Below are positions 42,195 to 50,963 of a stretch of DNA of 64,000 nucleotides, one piece after another (positions within the stretch are counted from its first letter, which is position 1; every line of letters starts with the position of its first letter). Origin of the DNA: Congregibacter sp. (lineage in GTDB: Bacteria > Pseudomonadota > Gammaproteobacteria > Pseudomonadales > Halieaceae); assembly GCA_045105635.1 (NCBI GenBank), contig JBGCDU010000015.1, positions 8,695 through 72,694 of the forward strand, written 5' to 3'. A model generated the notes under the pieces. The model ran no database searches. It had not been told where the DNA came from and saw only the letters and a list, made by a program, of their open reading frames with translations. Both the position numbers and the translations under genes were made by a program.

Positions 42195-43577
42195 ATGAAA
42201 GACGTATTTAGACATTTGAAGAGACCGGGGCCAGCACTTCTGCTCTTGCTGTGCGCAAGCACCGCCAGCTATGCGCAACAGTCTGCTAGCTATACGCAGA
42301 AAACGACGCCTGCAGAAGAGACCACGGCAGCAGGCCCAGGCAGTGATGACGGCGTCGCGCTTCAAGCATCCCCGGATACAGGCGATTCGAACAGTGCGGG
42401 CGCAACGGGCGCAGCAGTGAGCGACGGTACCGGGGACCCGCGCCAACTTTCCTCGAGCCCGGCAACAGCCGCTTATCTTAGCCTCGACATCAAGCCTTAT
42501 ATGGATAACATTGCTGCGATTGAGCAGGTCGAAGGCGCCTTCGCAATTGGCCTCGCGGAGCCGCTCCTTAGTGCCGGGCTCGCGCTGCAGCGCAACGGTG
42601 CCCATGAACAAGCCATCCGTCTCTTCAAACGGGGTGTTCACCTCACACGCATCAACGAGGGACTGCACAGCCCCCAACAGATCGCCATGCTGCAGGGTGA
42701 AATCGCAAGCCACGTTGCCCTGAATGCCTATGAGGACGCTGACGAGCGTCAGCGTTATCTGCATCGGATCCAGTCCCGCAGCCTGTCGGATGCATTCAGG
42801 GGGGACGCGTACATGCAATACGCGCGATGGCAACGTCAAGCCTACGAAGCCGGCATTGGCGAAGATCCTTTCAATCGCCTACAACGCATGCTCAGTCTGT
42901 ATCGGATGGCACTGGCCGAGTATGTTGATCTCGAAGGCATTGAGTCGCCAAAGCAATTAGACCCGCTGTATGGCATGCTGAGAGCGAGCTATCTCATCAG
43001 TGGCTTTGTGGGCCAAACGACCAGCAGCGGCTTTAGCACCCAATGGTCAAACGATGCCGCAACAAGGCGCGCCGCCTACCGTGGGCAGCGCTACAAAGAA
43101 GGCGAGGCCATAATTCGGCGGATTTTTGATGTTTACGGCGCACAGCCTGAATTCTCCATTGAGGAGCAGGCGCGGGTGAGCCAGATGCTGGCCGATTGGC
43201 AGCTCTGGAACGGCAAGCGCGATGAAGCATTGCAGACTTACGCGGCAATCGACGGGGAACTTGCGGCGATGGAAGGTGCCCAAGTAATTAGAGAAAAACT
43301 GTTTGGTCGGCCGCACCCCCTGCCCGCTTTGGAAGGTGTGCGAGCGTTTCCGATGCCAAAAGAGGAGCAGGAAGGGTATTTGCTGCTAGAATTTGGTGTT
43401 ACTGATCGTGGTCGGGTGACAGATTTGACCCGCCTGGACACGCATCCGGCAAACGATGAAATAGCGGGTCGGGTTATTCGCCGACTCAAGCAAACGCCTT
43501 TCCGTCCGCGTATCAGTGACGGTGCGCCGGTGGCTACACAAGGACTTCGCTGGGCATATGACACGTCAATATGGTAA
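42195..43577 (+). CDS. Secreted TPR-like protein with a C-terminal TonB_C domain
   Basis: Sec-type signal (ALLLLLCASTASYA-QQ), helical repeats, C-terminal LLEFGVTDRGRV...LKQTPFRPRISDGAPV. Confidence 0.7.
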   Translation: MKDVFRHLKRPGPALLLLLCASTASYAQQSASYTQKTTPAEETTAAGPGSDDGVALQASPDTGDSNSAGATGAAVSDGTGDPRQLSSSPATAAYLSLDIKPYMDNIAAIEQVEGAFAIGLAEPLLSAGLALQRNGAHEQAIRLFKRGVHLTRINEGLHSPQQIAMLQGEIASHVALNAYEDADERQRYLHRIQSRSLSDAFRGDAYMQYARWQRQAYEAGIGEDPFNRLQRMLSLYRMALAEYVDLEGIESPKQLDPLYGMLRASYLISGFVGQTTSSGFSTQWSNDAATRRAAYRGQRYKEGEAIIRRIFDVYGAQPEFSIEEQARVSQMLADWQLWNGKRDEALQTYAAIDGELAAMEGAQVIREKLFGRPHPLPALEGVRAFPMPKEEQEGYLLLEFGVTDRGRVTDLTRLDTHPANDEIAGRVIRRLKQTPFRPRISDGAPVATQGLRWAYDTSIW

Positions 43578-45060
43578 ATCCCACACAGCCGCCGACCTGC
43601 GCGGCCCTAAATTGCGCACGCGAGCACGCCCACGGCCTGCCCGCCTGATACTTGCTTCGGCGATTTCGGCCTGCTGCCTGATACTCACCGGATGTCCCAG
43701 TGCAAGTAACCCGACAACGCCGCAGATGCCGTCTCCTCCATCGTCACCTTCGTCGTCAAGCAGCTCTTCGTCGAGTAGCTCTTCGTCGAGCAGTTCGTCG
43801 AGTAGCAGCTCTTCCAGCAGTAGCTCATCATCCAGTTCATCAAGCAGCAGCTCACCCTCCAGCAGCAGCTCTACATCACCTGCGGGCGGGATGCCGGGTC
43901 CCAGCGGGCCGCAGTCACCCAGCAGCGCAAGCACCAGCGGGTCGGAGTCAGAGCAACAAAGCGGCAGTGAGTCAACGGCCAGCAGCGAACGCTCGGGCAG
44001 TCCGGATGGAGATCTGAGCCCCGAAAATGGGGAAGGCCCCGATATGGGAGAGTTCCCGCAGGGTGAAGCCCCGGGAGCGACTGAGGTCGCCGACGCTGGG
44101 GACGCAAGCGCTGACGGTGCGAGTGAAGGCTCCGACGGCAGTGAGGGCGACGCGGCGGGCAACGGCGGCGAAACTGAGGCCACCGTCGGTGCGTCGGGCA
44201 GCGACGGAGCGGGCGATAGCGCCGGCGGAGAGCCCGGCTTTGAAGATAGCTCCGGCAGCGGCGACGCGCTGCCCTCAATGGAAGACGAGCAAAGCGTCGC
44301 GAGTAGCGGCGCGGGTCAGAACAACGGTGATAGTGCGGGTGCTAGTGCAGGTGATAGTGCAGGTGATAGCGCGGGCAATGCCGCCGAATCTGGTGCAGAA
44401 GGTTCAGGAAGCGCCGGCCAAGGCAGCAGCGCGGGTGGTGCGGACGGCGGTGGTATCAGCACCAGCGTGAGCGTGCCTGGCCTCCCGGGCGCGATTGGTC
44501 TGCCGGGAATTCCAGGCATCCCCGGTCTTCCAGGCCTGCCTGGTGAAGCAGGTACTCAAGCTGGAACCAACGATCCAGGCGGTCAACCAAACGGCGGCTA
44601 CGGTGGGTTCCCAGGTGATGACGGCCCCATGACGCCCGGTGAACAGGTAGCAATTCTCGACGCGGAACTTGAACGCGGTATGGGCGACTTTGACGTCATG
44701 ATTCTCGAAGAGCAAGCCGCACAGCGTCGCGCAGCGCGCGAGGCCGCAGCGACAGAACCGGTGCAAACCGCATCAGCGGGCAGCGTGGCCAACGGCTCTG
44801 CCGAAGGCGAGTTCGGCCGTGAAATGGGTGGCGGCAGCGGTGGCGGCTATGGTGCGGGCGGCGGCGGGGGCGGAACCGGTGTGCGCGACATGCCCAAGGA
44901 CACCGCAAAATTTGAACCACCTGACGATATACCCAACGGTAACGATGATGACGTGGTAGCGAGACAGCTGCGCGAAGCGGCCATGCGTGAAACAGATCCC
45001 GCCGTGCGCGAGAAGCTTTGGGTTGAATACCGTAAGTACAAGGGCATCAAACAACCGTGA
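43558..45060 (+). CDS. Ser/Gly/acidic low-complexity lipoprotein with a collagen-like segment and a small helical C-terminal domain
   Basis: Lipobox LILTGC, poly-Ser tract, (GDSA)n, GLPGAIGLPGIPGIPGLPGLPGE, C-terminal DDDVVARQLREAA...LWVEYRKYK. Overlaps both neighbours. Confidence 0.75.
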   Translation: MTRQYGKSHTAADLRGPKLRTRARPRPARLILASAISACCLILTGCPSASNPTTPQMPSPPSSPSSSSSSSSSSSSSSSSSSSSSSSSSSSSSSSSSSSPSSSSSTSPAGGMPGPSGPQSPSSASTSGSESEQQSGSESTASSERSGSPDGDLSPENGEGPDMGEFPQGEAPGATEVADAGDASADGASEGSDGSEGDAAGNGGETEATVGASGSDGAGDSAGGEPGFEDSSGSGDALPSMEDEQSVASSGAGQNNGDSAGASAGDSAGDSAGNAAESGAEGSGSAGQGSSAGGADGGGISTSVSVPGLPGAIGLPGIPGIPGLPGLPGEAGTQAGTNDPGGQPNGGYGGFPGDDGPMTPGEQVAILDAELERGMGDFDVMILEEQAAQRRAAREAAATEPVQTASAGSVANGSAEGEFGREMGGGSGGGYGAGGGGGGTGVRDMPKDTAKFEPPDDIPNGNDDDVVARQLREAAMRETDPAVREKLWVEYRKYKGIKQP

Positions 45061-46283
45061 TTGCTTTTTTGCGAACCCGTATGCGCAGTTCCGCGCTGCC
45101 GATACTTTTGCTCGCTGCAGGAATCGGTCTCAGCGGCTGTGTCAGCAAAACTGTCAAAAGTACGAAAGTATCCGCACTGATACCACCGGCGACGGCGGTG
45201 CCAGAAAACGAGTTACTTGACGTGGCAATCGCCATCTTCGATCCCGGTCTGGACCTGGCGGACGAGGACGAGCGCATCTATCCGGAAGTACGCCGGGCCG
45301 AGGCGCGATACATACCCAATGTACTCGCTGACGTTCTGGAGGACTCCGGGGCCTGGGGCGCTGTGCGCGTTGTACCTGACGAGGAGCGCATATCCGACCT
45401 GATGGTCACCGGTACCATCGTGCATTCGGACGGCGAGTCGCTGGAGTTAAAAATTATCGCGAGAGACTCCCGAGATTACGTGTGGCTTGACAAAGCCTAC
45501 GAGGGAAACGCCAGCCGCTACGCCTACGACGCCAAAACGCGCTCGCAGTACGACGCATTCCAGGGCGTGTACCATCAGATTGCCAACGACCTCGTGCGCA
45601 AGTTTGATCTGCTCGACAGCGCCCAACGCAAGGATATTCGCACGGTCTCTGAGCTACTGTTTGCCAAGAGCTTCTCGACAGATGCCTTCGACGGCTATCT
45701 CGACAAGACGCGCAAAGGCAAACGACTGGTTGTGAGACTCCCCGCAGATGGCGACCCCATGCTCGAGCGCGTGCGCAAGCTGCGTGAGCGCGATCATGTG
45801 TTCGTAGATACCTTGCAGGCGTATTACAGCGGGTTTTCGGAGGATATGTATGGCCCCTATCAGGAGTGGCGCAAACTCAGCTATCAGGAAGTGGTCGCTT
45901 ACCAGGAGCTCAAAGCGGAGAGCCGCCGTCAGCTGATCGCAGGCGGCGCGGCGATTCTTGCAGGCATCGCGGCCGCCGGTAGTAGTGACGGAAGCGCCAG
46001 AACAGCCGGTAACGTTGCCATCATCGGCGGTGGATATTTACTCAAAAGCGGTCTCGAAAGTCGCGCCGAGGCACAGATTCACGTCGAGGCACTGGAAGAA
46101 ATAGGCCAATCGCTGGAGGCTGAAATTACGCCTCAGGTTATTGAATTAGAGGATCGCACAGTAATGATTAGCGGCACGGTTGAAGACCAGTACGCGCAAT
46201 GGCGCGAAGTGCTTGCCGAGATTTATCGCAATGAGATTGGTGAACTGGTACCGCCAGCACCCGACGCCACGCTCGAAAACTAG
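45057..46283 (+). CDS. Lipoprotein, putative CsgG/TolB-N-like domain plus Gly/Ala-rich hydrophobic hairpin
   Basis: Lipobox GLSGC; alpha/beta N-domain; IAGGAAILAGIAAAG...AGNVAIIGGGYLL. Confidence 0.65.
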   Translation: MIAFLRTRMRSSALPILLLAAGIGLSGCVSKTVKSTKVSALIPPATAVPENELLDVAIAIFDPGLDLADEDERIYPEVRRAEARYIPNVLADVLEDSGAWGAVRVVPDEERISDLMVTGTIVHSDGESLELKIIARDSRDYVWLDKAYEGNASRYAYDAKTRSQYDAFQGVYHQIANDLVRKFDLLDSAQRKDIRTVSELLFAKSFSTDAFDGYLDKTRKGKRLVVRLPADGDPMLERVRKLRERDHVFVDTLQAYYSGFSEDMYGPYQEWRKLSYQEVVAYQELKAESRRQLIAGGAAILAGIAAAGSSDGSARTAGNVAIIGGGYLLKSGLESRAEAQIHVEALEEIGQSLEAEITPQVIELEDRTVMISGTVEDQYAQWREVLAEIYRNEIGELVPPAPDATLEN

Positions 46284-47815
46284 TGTCAGACGAATACCAG
46301 CGGGTAGAACCCACGCCTTTTGACGCGCCGTCTACGGCCGCGCCAAGCGCGCCCGTTGCCGTGGCGGCAGCGCGTCCAGGCTGGCTGGTCCCTGCGCTGG
46401 CAGTTCTGGCGCTGCTGGGAGTATTTGTGGTGTTCCTACTACCGGGATGGGTATCGGATAGGCCGCCCGCCGTCCCGCAACAGTCACAATCGCAGGCCAC
46501 GGCTAACGACGCGGTCAGCAAGCAGCCTCGCAACGATCCGCAATCAAACAGCGACAGCGCGCTCGCCTCCCCCTTCGCCGACGCAGTGGCTGCAAAAGCC
46601 CGTGCAGAAGCACAAGAACTTCTGGCGGAGCTACTGGATATCCAGCAAAACCTCACCGAGCGCGGCGCAGAGTCCTGGGCAGCTGAGATTATGACCGCGA
46701 TCGCCGCCGAAGCCCTGGCAGGCGATGAGCGCTATAAAGAACGCGCATTTGATACCGCCATCGGCCACTACGAAACGGCGCTCGCTGATGCGATTGCTCT
46801 CGAGCAATCTATCCCGGAACGATTTAAGCAGCAGACAGAGTCCGCCAGAAGCGCGATTGAGGCTCTCGATCTCGACACGGCCTTGGCGGCGTACGAGCTT
46901 GCGCAGGCACTAGAACCTGGTGACCCGGCGCTGGGGATTTTGCAGCAAAGGCTCGACGAACTGCCTGCGGTAGTCACTGCGCTGGATAATGCGTCACTGG
47001 CAGAAACAGACAGGGATTTGGATACCGCCGTCGCCGAGCTGCGCAAAGCCGCCGGGCTGGACCCCTTACATCAGCGCGTCCAGAGTGAGTTTGCGCGGCT
47101 TGAGACGGCGCTCAATGAGCAGCGTTTTAATTCAGCCATGTCAGAAGGTTACGCCGCCCTGGACGAGGGCAAATACGAGCGTGCTCAACAGCGCTTTGCG
47201 AGCGCCGCCAAACTGCAACCCGGCTCGGCAGAAGCCGCGGCGGCCCAGCAGGAACTCGCCGTGGCGCGCACCGCTGCGACACTCAACAGACTTCAGAAGC
47301 GCGGCGAAGATTCGCTGGAAAGCGAGGAGTGGGCGGCGGCTATCAAGGCATTCGAAGAAGCGGCTGCAATTGACTCCAGTCTGCGCTTTGCGCGCGAGGG
47401 CCTCGCGTTTGCGCGGCCTCGCGCCTCGCTGGATAAACGTCTCCAGGCCATTCTGGATGAACCACAGCGCCTCGTGGACGACGCCATCTTGCGCGAAGCG
47501 CGCGATACGCTGCAAAAAACCCGAGCGCTCGATAAGCTGGGGCCAAGCCTGACTGACAAAGCCGACGCCGTCGCCAAAACCCTGGCCATCGCCAGTACGC
47601 CGCTCGGCGTGCAGATTCAGTCCGATGGGCTGACAGAAGTTACCGTTTACAAAGTCGCCAGGCTCGGCGCGATCACCGAACGGCAGCTGACGCTGCGTCC
47701 CGGTAAATATACAGCGGTAGGCACCCGGCGAGGATACCGCGACGTGCGCGTTGAGTTTGAGGTCTCCCCGAATGACCGCACACCGATCTATATCGCCTGC
47801 AACGAGAGCATTTAA
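46283..47815 (+). CDS. Bitopic membrane protein with periplasmic helical (TPR-like) repeats and a C-terminal PEGA-like domain
   Basis: TM WLVPALAVLALLGVFVVFLL; Ala/Glu-rich helices; VQIQSDGLTEVTVYKV...LTLRPGKYTAVGTRRGYRD. Confidence 0.7.
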   Translation: MSDEYQRVEPTPFDAPSTAAPSAPVAVAAARPGWLVPALAVLALLGVFVVFLLPGWVSDRPPAVPQQSQSQATANDAVSKQPRNDPQSNSDSALASPFADAVAAKARAEAQELLAELLDIQQNLTERGAESWAAEIMTAIAAEALAGDERYKERAFDTAIGHYETALADAIALEQSIPERFKQQTESARSAIEALDLDTALAAYELAQALEPGDPALGILQQRLDELPAVVTALDNASLAETDRDLDTAVAELRKAAGLDPLHQRVQSEFARLETALNEQRFNSAMSEGYAALDEGKYERAQQRFASAAKLQPGSAEAAAAQQELAVARTAATLNRLQKRGEDSLESEEWAAAIKAFEEAAAIDSSLRFAREGLAFARPRASLDKRLQAILDEPQRLVDDAILREARDTLQKTRALDKLGPSLTDKADAVAKTLAIASTPLGVQIQSDGLTEVTVYKVARLGAITERQLTLRPGKYTAVGTRRGYRDVRVEFEVSPNDRTPIYIACNESI

Positions 47816-49875
47816 TGAGCGAGAACGCCCGCGAGGCCATCAAAGCGGCCGTTTTTGAGCCGCTCGACCCAGCAGCGGTAGAGAAGAAAGCCCGCATACC
47901 CCTCTCGCGAATGCTGCTGATTGGCCTCGTCACGATATTCCTGGTCGTGCTCTGGTTTCTGCTGACATCTCGGTCGCTACAGATCAGCGTAGTAGCCGAA
48001 GAGGAAGCGACCGTTGGTCTATCGGGCTTGGTGCTGCCACTGGGGGGGCGCTATCTTCTGCGCCCAGGCAGTTACGAGCTGCGAGTTGACGCTCGGGGAT
48101 ACCACCCCTACCTCAGCGAGCTGACGGTGGGCAGCGATGCCAGTCAGCGTGAAGAGGTTATTCTTCAACCTTTGCCCGGACGCCTGACCGTCGAAAGCAC
48201 GCCATCCGGGGCCTACGTACTGATCGACGGAGAAATGCGGGGACAGACACCGCTGACCGATCTACCGGTAGAGTTCGGCGAGCACACCCTCAAGCTGCAG
48301 GCTGTCCGATATATTGACCTTGAGCAGGGCCTGACAGTGACCGGCCGTGAAGTACAGCAGCGCTTGTCGCTGCAACTGGCACCCGCCTGGGCCGATATCG
48401 ATGTGAGCAGCACCCCACCCGGGGCCACCGTGCTTATCGATGACGAACCCCTGGGAATCACGCCAGGCGTAATAGAAGTACTGCAGGGAGAGCGTACCCT
48501 CGTTCTGCAGTTGCCGGGCTTTGCGCAGATTAGCAAGACCTTGAACGTTGAAGCCGGGATAGCACAGCGCCTCGACCCGTTCGAACTCATTCCCGCCACT
48601 GGCGTTTTACAGTTGAGCAGCGCGCCCAGCGGGGCAAATGTCAGTGTCAACGGTGAATTTGCCGGACAGACGCCATTAGAATTAGAACTCCCACCCGATA
48701 CAGATCATCGGATCAGCGTGTCCAAGGCCGGGTATCGCCGGGCCAGCGACACATTGAACATGGCGGCAGGCGGCACCGCGACACGTCAGCTTACCCTGCG
48801 CCCGCTCCTGGGTGATGTGCTGGTGCGGGTGCAACCGGCCGAGGCGGAGCTTTTCGTGAACGGCAGGTCCATGGGGCGAGGGAGCCAGACCTTGCCGCTG
48901 CCGGCGGTGTTGCAACGTATTGAATTTCGCCTGGAAGGCTACGAAACCATTACCCGAAGCGTTACGCCCAGGCCAGGGCTGGAACAGCTGCTGGAAGTCA
49001 CGTTAATGACCCCGCAAGCAGCACGCAAAGCACGCCTGACACCCACAATGAACACTGCTCTCGGCCAGCAGATGTTGCTCATGAACCCCATGGATGCGGA
49101 GAAAAACGAATTCTCTATGGGTGCGTCACGCAGGGACCCGGGACGCCGAGCCAATGAAGTGCTGCATCCCGTACGCCTGGAGCGTCCCTTCTACCTACAG
49201 GCACAGGAAGTCACCAACGCGCAGTTCCGACTGTACGAAAGTTCACACAACTCCGGCCAGATCGAAGGCAACAGCCTGAACCGCGAGCAGCAACCCGTCG
49301 CCGGGATTAGCTGGCAGCAGGCAGCGTCCTACTGCAACTGGCTGAGCCGCCGGGAAGGACTCACGCCTTTTTACCTCGAGCAACAGGGCATCATCATCGG
49401 TTTCACGCCCGAGTCCCTCGGTTATCGACTGCCGACTGAGGCGGAATGGGCCTGGGTAGCCAGAGTCGAGGAAGATACACTCAAACGATTTAGCTGGGGC
49501 GAGGATTTTCCGCCCAAATCTGTGGTCGAAAACGTAGCGGACAACAGTTCCGCTTACGTTACCGGGCGGGTTTTGAACGGCTATGACGATGGCTATGTCG
49601 TCAGCGCTCCCACGGGAAGTTTCACTGCCAACTCGCGCGGTATTTTTGATATAGGAGGCAATGTGTCGGAGTGGATTCATGATGTCTACGTTATCCCCGC
49701 TTCCAGCGGCGTTGTGCAGACAGACCCGCTTGGTGGTCAACGCGGAGACAACTACGTCATCCGCGGCGCCAGCTGGGCTCTGGGACGGCTACCCGAGCTG
49801 CGCCTTTCCTACCGCGATTATGGGCAGGCAGGTCGGGATGACGTAGGATTCAGGATTGCTCGCTATGCGGAGTAA
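47815..49875 (+). CDS. Membrane-anchored protein with multiple PEGA domains and an FGE-sulfatase (SUMF1-fold) domain
   Basis: TM; repeated VESTPSGAYVLIDG / VSSTPPGATVLIDD / LSSAPSGANVSVNG; FSMG, EVTNAQF, PVAGISWQQAASYCNWLS, RLPTEAEW, DIGGNVSEW, IRGASW. Confidence 0.88.
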   Translation: MSENAREAIKAAVFEPLDPAAVEKKARIPLSRMLLIGLVTIFLVVLWFLLTSRSLQISVVAEEEATVGLSGLVLPLGGRYLLRPGSYELRVDARGYHPYLSELTVGSDASQREEVILQPLPGRLTVESTPSGAYVLIDGEMRGQTPLTDLPVEFGEHTLKLQAVRYIDLEQGLTVTGREVQQRLSLQLAPAWADIDVSSTPPGATVLIDDEPLGITPGVIEVLQGERTLVLQLPGFAQISKTLNVEAGIAQRLDPFELIPATGVLQLSSAPSGANVSVNGEFAGQTPLELELPPDTDHRISVSKAGYRRASDTLNMAAGGTATRQLTLRPLLGDVLVRVQPAEAELFVNGRSMGRGSQTLPLPAVLQRIEFRLEGYETITRSVTPRPGLEQLLEVTLMTPQAARKARLTPTMNTALGQQMLLMNPMDAEKNEFSMGASRRDPGRRANEVLHPVRLERPFYLQAQEVTNAQFRLYESSHNSGQIEGNSLNREQQPVAGISWQQAASYCNWLSRREGLTPFYLEQQGIIIGFTPESLGYRLPTEAEWAWVARVEEDTLKRFSWGEDFPPKSVVENVADNSSAYVTGRVLNGYDDGYVVSAPTGSFTANSRGIFDIGGNVSEWIHDVYVIPASSGVVQTDPLGGQRGDNYVIRGASWALGRLPELRLSYRDYGQAGRDDVGFRIARYAE

Positions 49876-50140
49876 GCTCGTGCTCTACCGTTTCAGATTT
49901 CCACTGGCACTCGCGACGCTGTTGGCGCTTGCGCTGCTAATCGTTTTTCTGCCCGTCGCTGCGCCGGCGCTAGCGCAGTCAGCTGCTGAGCCTAACGATC
50001 CGACTGCGACCGCGGCCATTGAGAACGAAGCGCCGATGGAGGCAGATATCGACAGCGCCGCTGATCCCGCAAGCGAAGATTACGAAGCCTCAGAACAGAT
50101 TTCTGAAGATTTATCCGTGTCGTTTCCTATCGATATTTAA
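49865..50140 (+). CDS. Small exported or anchored acidic protein ending in SFPIDI
   Basis: Hydrophobic N-segment and acidic linker; fills the gap between two operon genes with overlap or 8-bp spacing. Confidence 0.6.
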   Translation: MRSKLVLYRFRFPLALATLLALALLIVFLPVAAPALAQSAAEPNDPTATAAIENEAPMEADIDSAADPASEDYEASEQISEDLSVSFPIDI

Positions 50141-50148
50141 GGAAGTCC

Positions 50149-50949
50149 ATGAAGAAAGGCATCTCCTCGGAGTTTATGTTCCAGCTGTTCGCCCTGCTCA
50201 CGGCGGTGATTCTGGTTCACGCCATGTACGTAGCCGTGATCAGACCCAGTGCTGATACGCAGTTGGAGATAGAGAGAACTGCGCAGGCAGCGGGAGAAGA
50301 CGTCGTACCAAAGCGCAGTCTCGCCGTGGTAATCCGCGATTTTGAGCAGGAGGCCTGCTTCATCCTGCTTATCTGGGCGCTGTCGATTATGGGCTTCAAG
50401 GGTCGACACAATCTGCAGGAGCAAAAACTACTGGAAGAGGAACTCCTATCGATTCCGGAGGGGACCAGCGTACTGCCCGAGGATGCCCGGCAATACAGTC
50501 GTTCCATGGAGGCGTTGCCCGCTGAGCAGCAGGCGCTGCTCTTACCGCGGGCATTGATGTCAGCGCTGCAGCGCTTCGCGACGACCAGCAGCATCCCCGC
50601 GGTCTCCGATACAATTCGCGAGCAATGCGATGTCGAGTCCGACCGTCTCGACTCGGAGCTATCCATGGTGCGCTACATCGCCTGGGCGATCCCGTCGATC
50701 GGGTTTATCGGCACCGTGCGCGGCATCGGCGACGCACTGGGTCAGGCCTACAAGGCGGTGGAGGGCGATATCTCAGGCGTTACGGTCAGCCTCGGCGTGG
50801 CGTTCAACAGCACCTTCGTAGCTTTGATCCTCTCGATCGTCATTATGTTCTGTTTGCACCAATTGCAGCTGTCGCAAGAGCGTCTGGTCCTCAACTGCCA
50901 GCGCTACGCCGATAACCGTCTGATGCGCTTTCTCGTAGCCGAAAACTGA
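50149..50949 (+). CDS. MotA/TolQ/ExbB proton-channel family protein
   Basis: Four hydrophobic segments; AWAIPSIGFIGTVRGI and GVTVSLGVAFNSTFVAL match the ExbB/TolQ PxxGxxGTVxG...IxxALxxT signature. Confidence 0.92.
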   Translation: MKKGISSEFMFQLFALLTAVILVHAMYVAVIRPSADTQLEIERTAQAAGEDVVPKRSLAVVIRDFEQEACFILLIWALSIMGFKGRHNLQEQKLLEEELLSIPEGTSVLPEDARQYSRSMEALPAEQQALLLPRALMSALQRFATTSSIPAVSDTIREQCDVESDRLDSELSMVRYIAWAIPSIGFIGTVRGIGDALGQAYKAVEGDISGVTVSLGVAFNSTFVALILSIVIMFCLHQLQLSQERLVLNCQRYADNRLMRFLVAEN

Positions 50950-50963
50950 GAGGCTCGAACATC

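Noticed and set aside
43566-44183. Long antisense ORFs (also 829-1554, 4682-5314, 14370-15017, 40814-41509, 51209-51826 and similar)
   Set aside because: They are shadows of well-supported genes on the opposite strand in GC-rich DNA; poly-Leu/Glu here mirrors the poly-Ser codons.
47815-49875. True formylglycine-generating enzyme serving the sulfur/glycan islet
   Set aside because: The catalytic Cys pair is absent and there is no sulfatase in the window.
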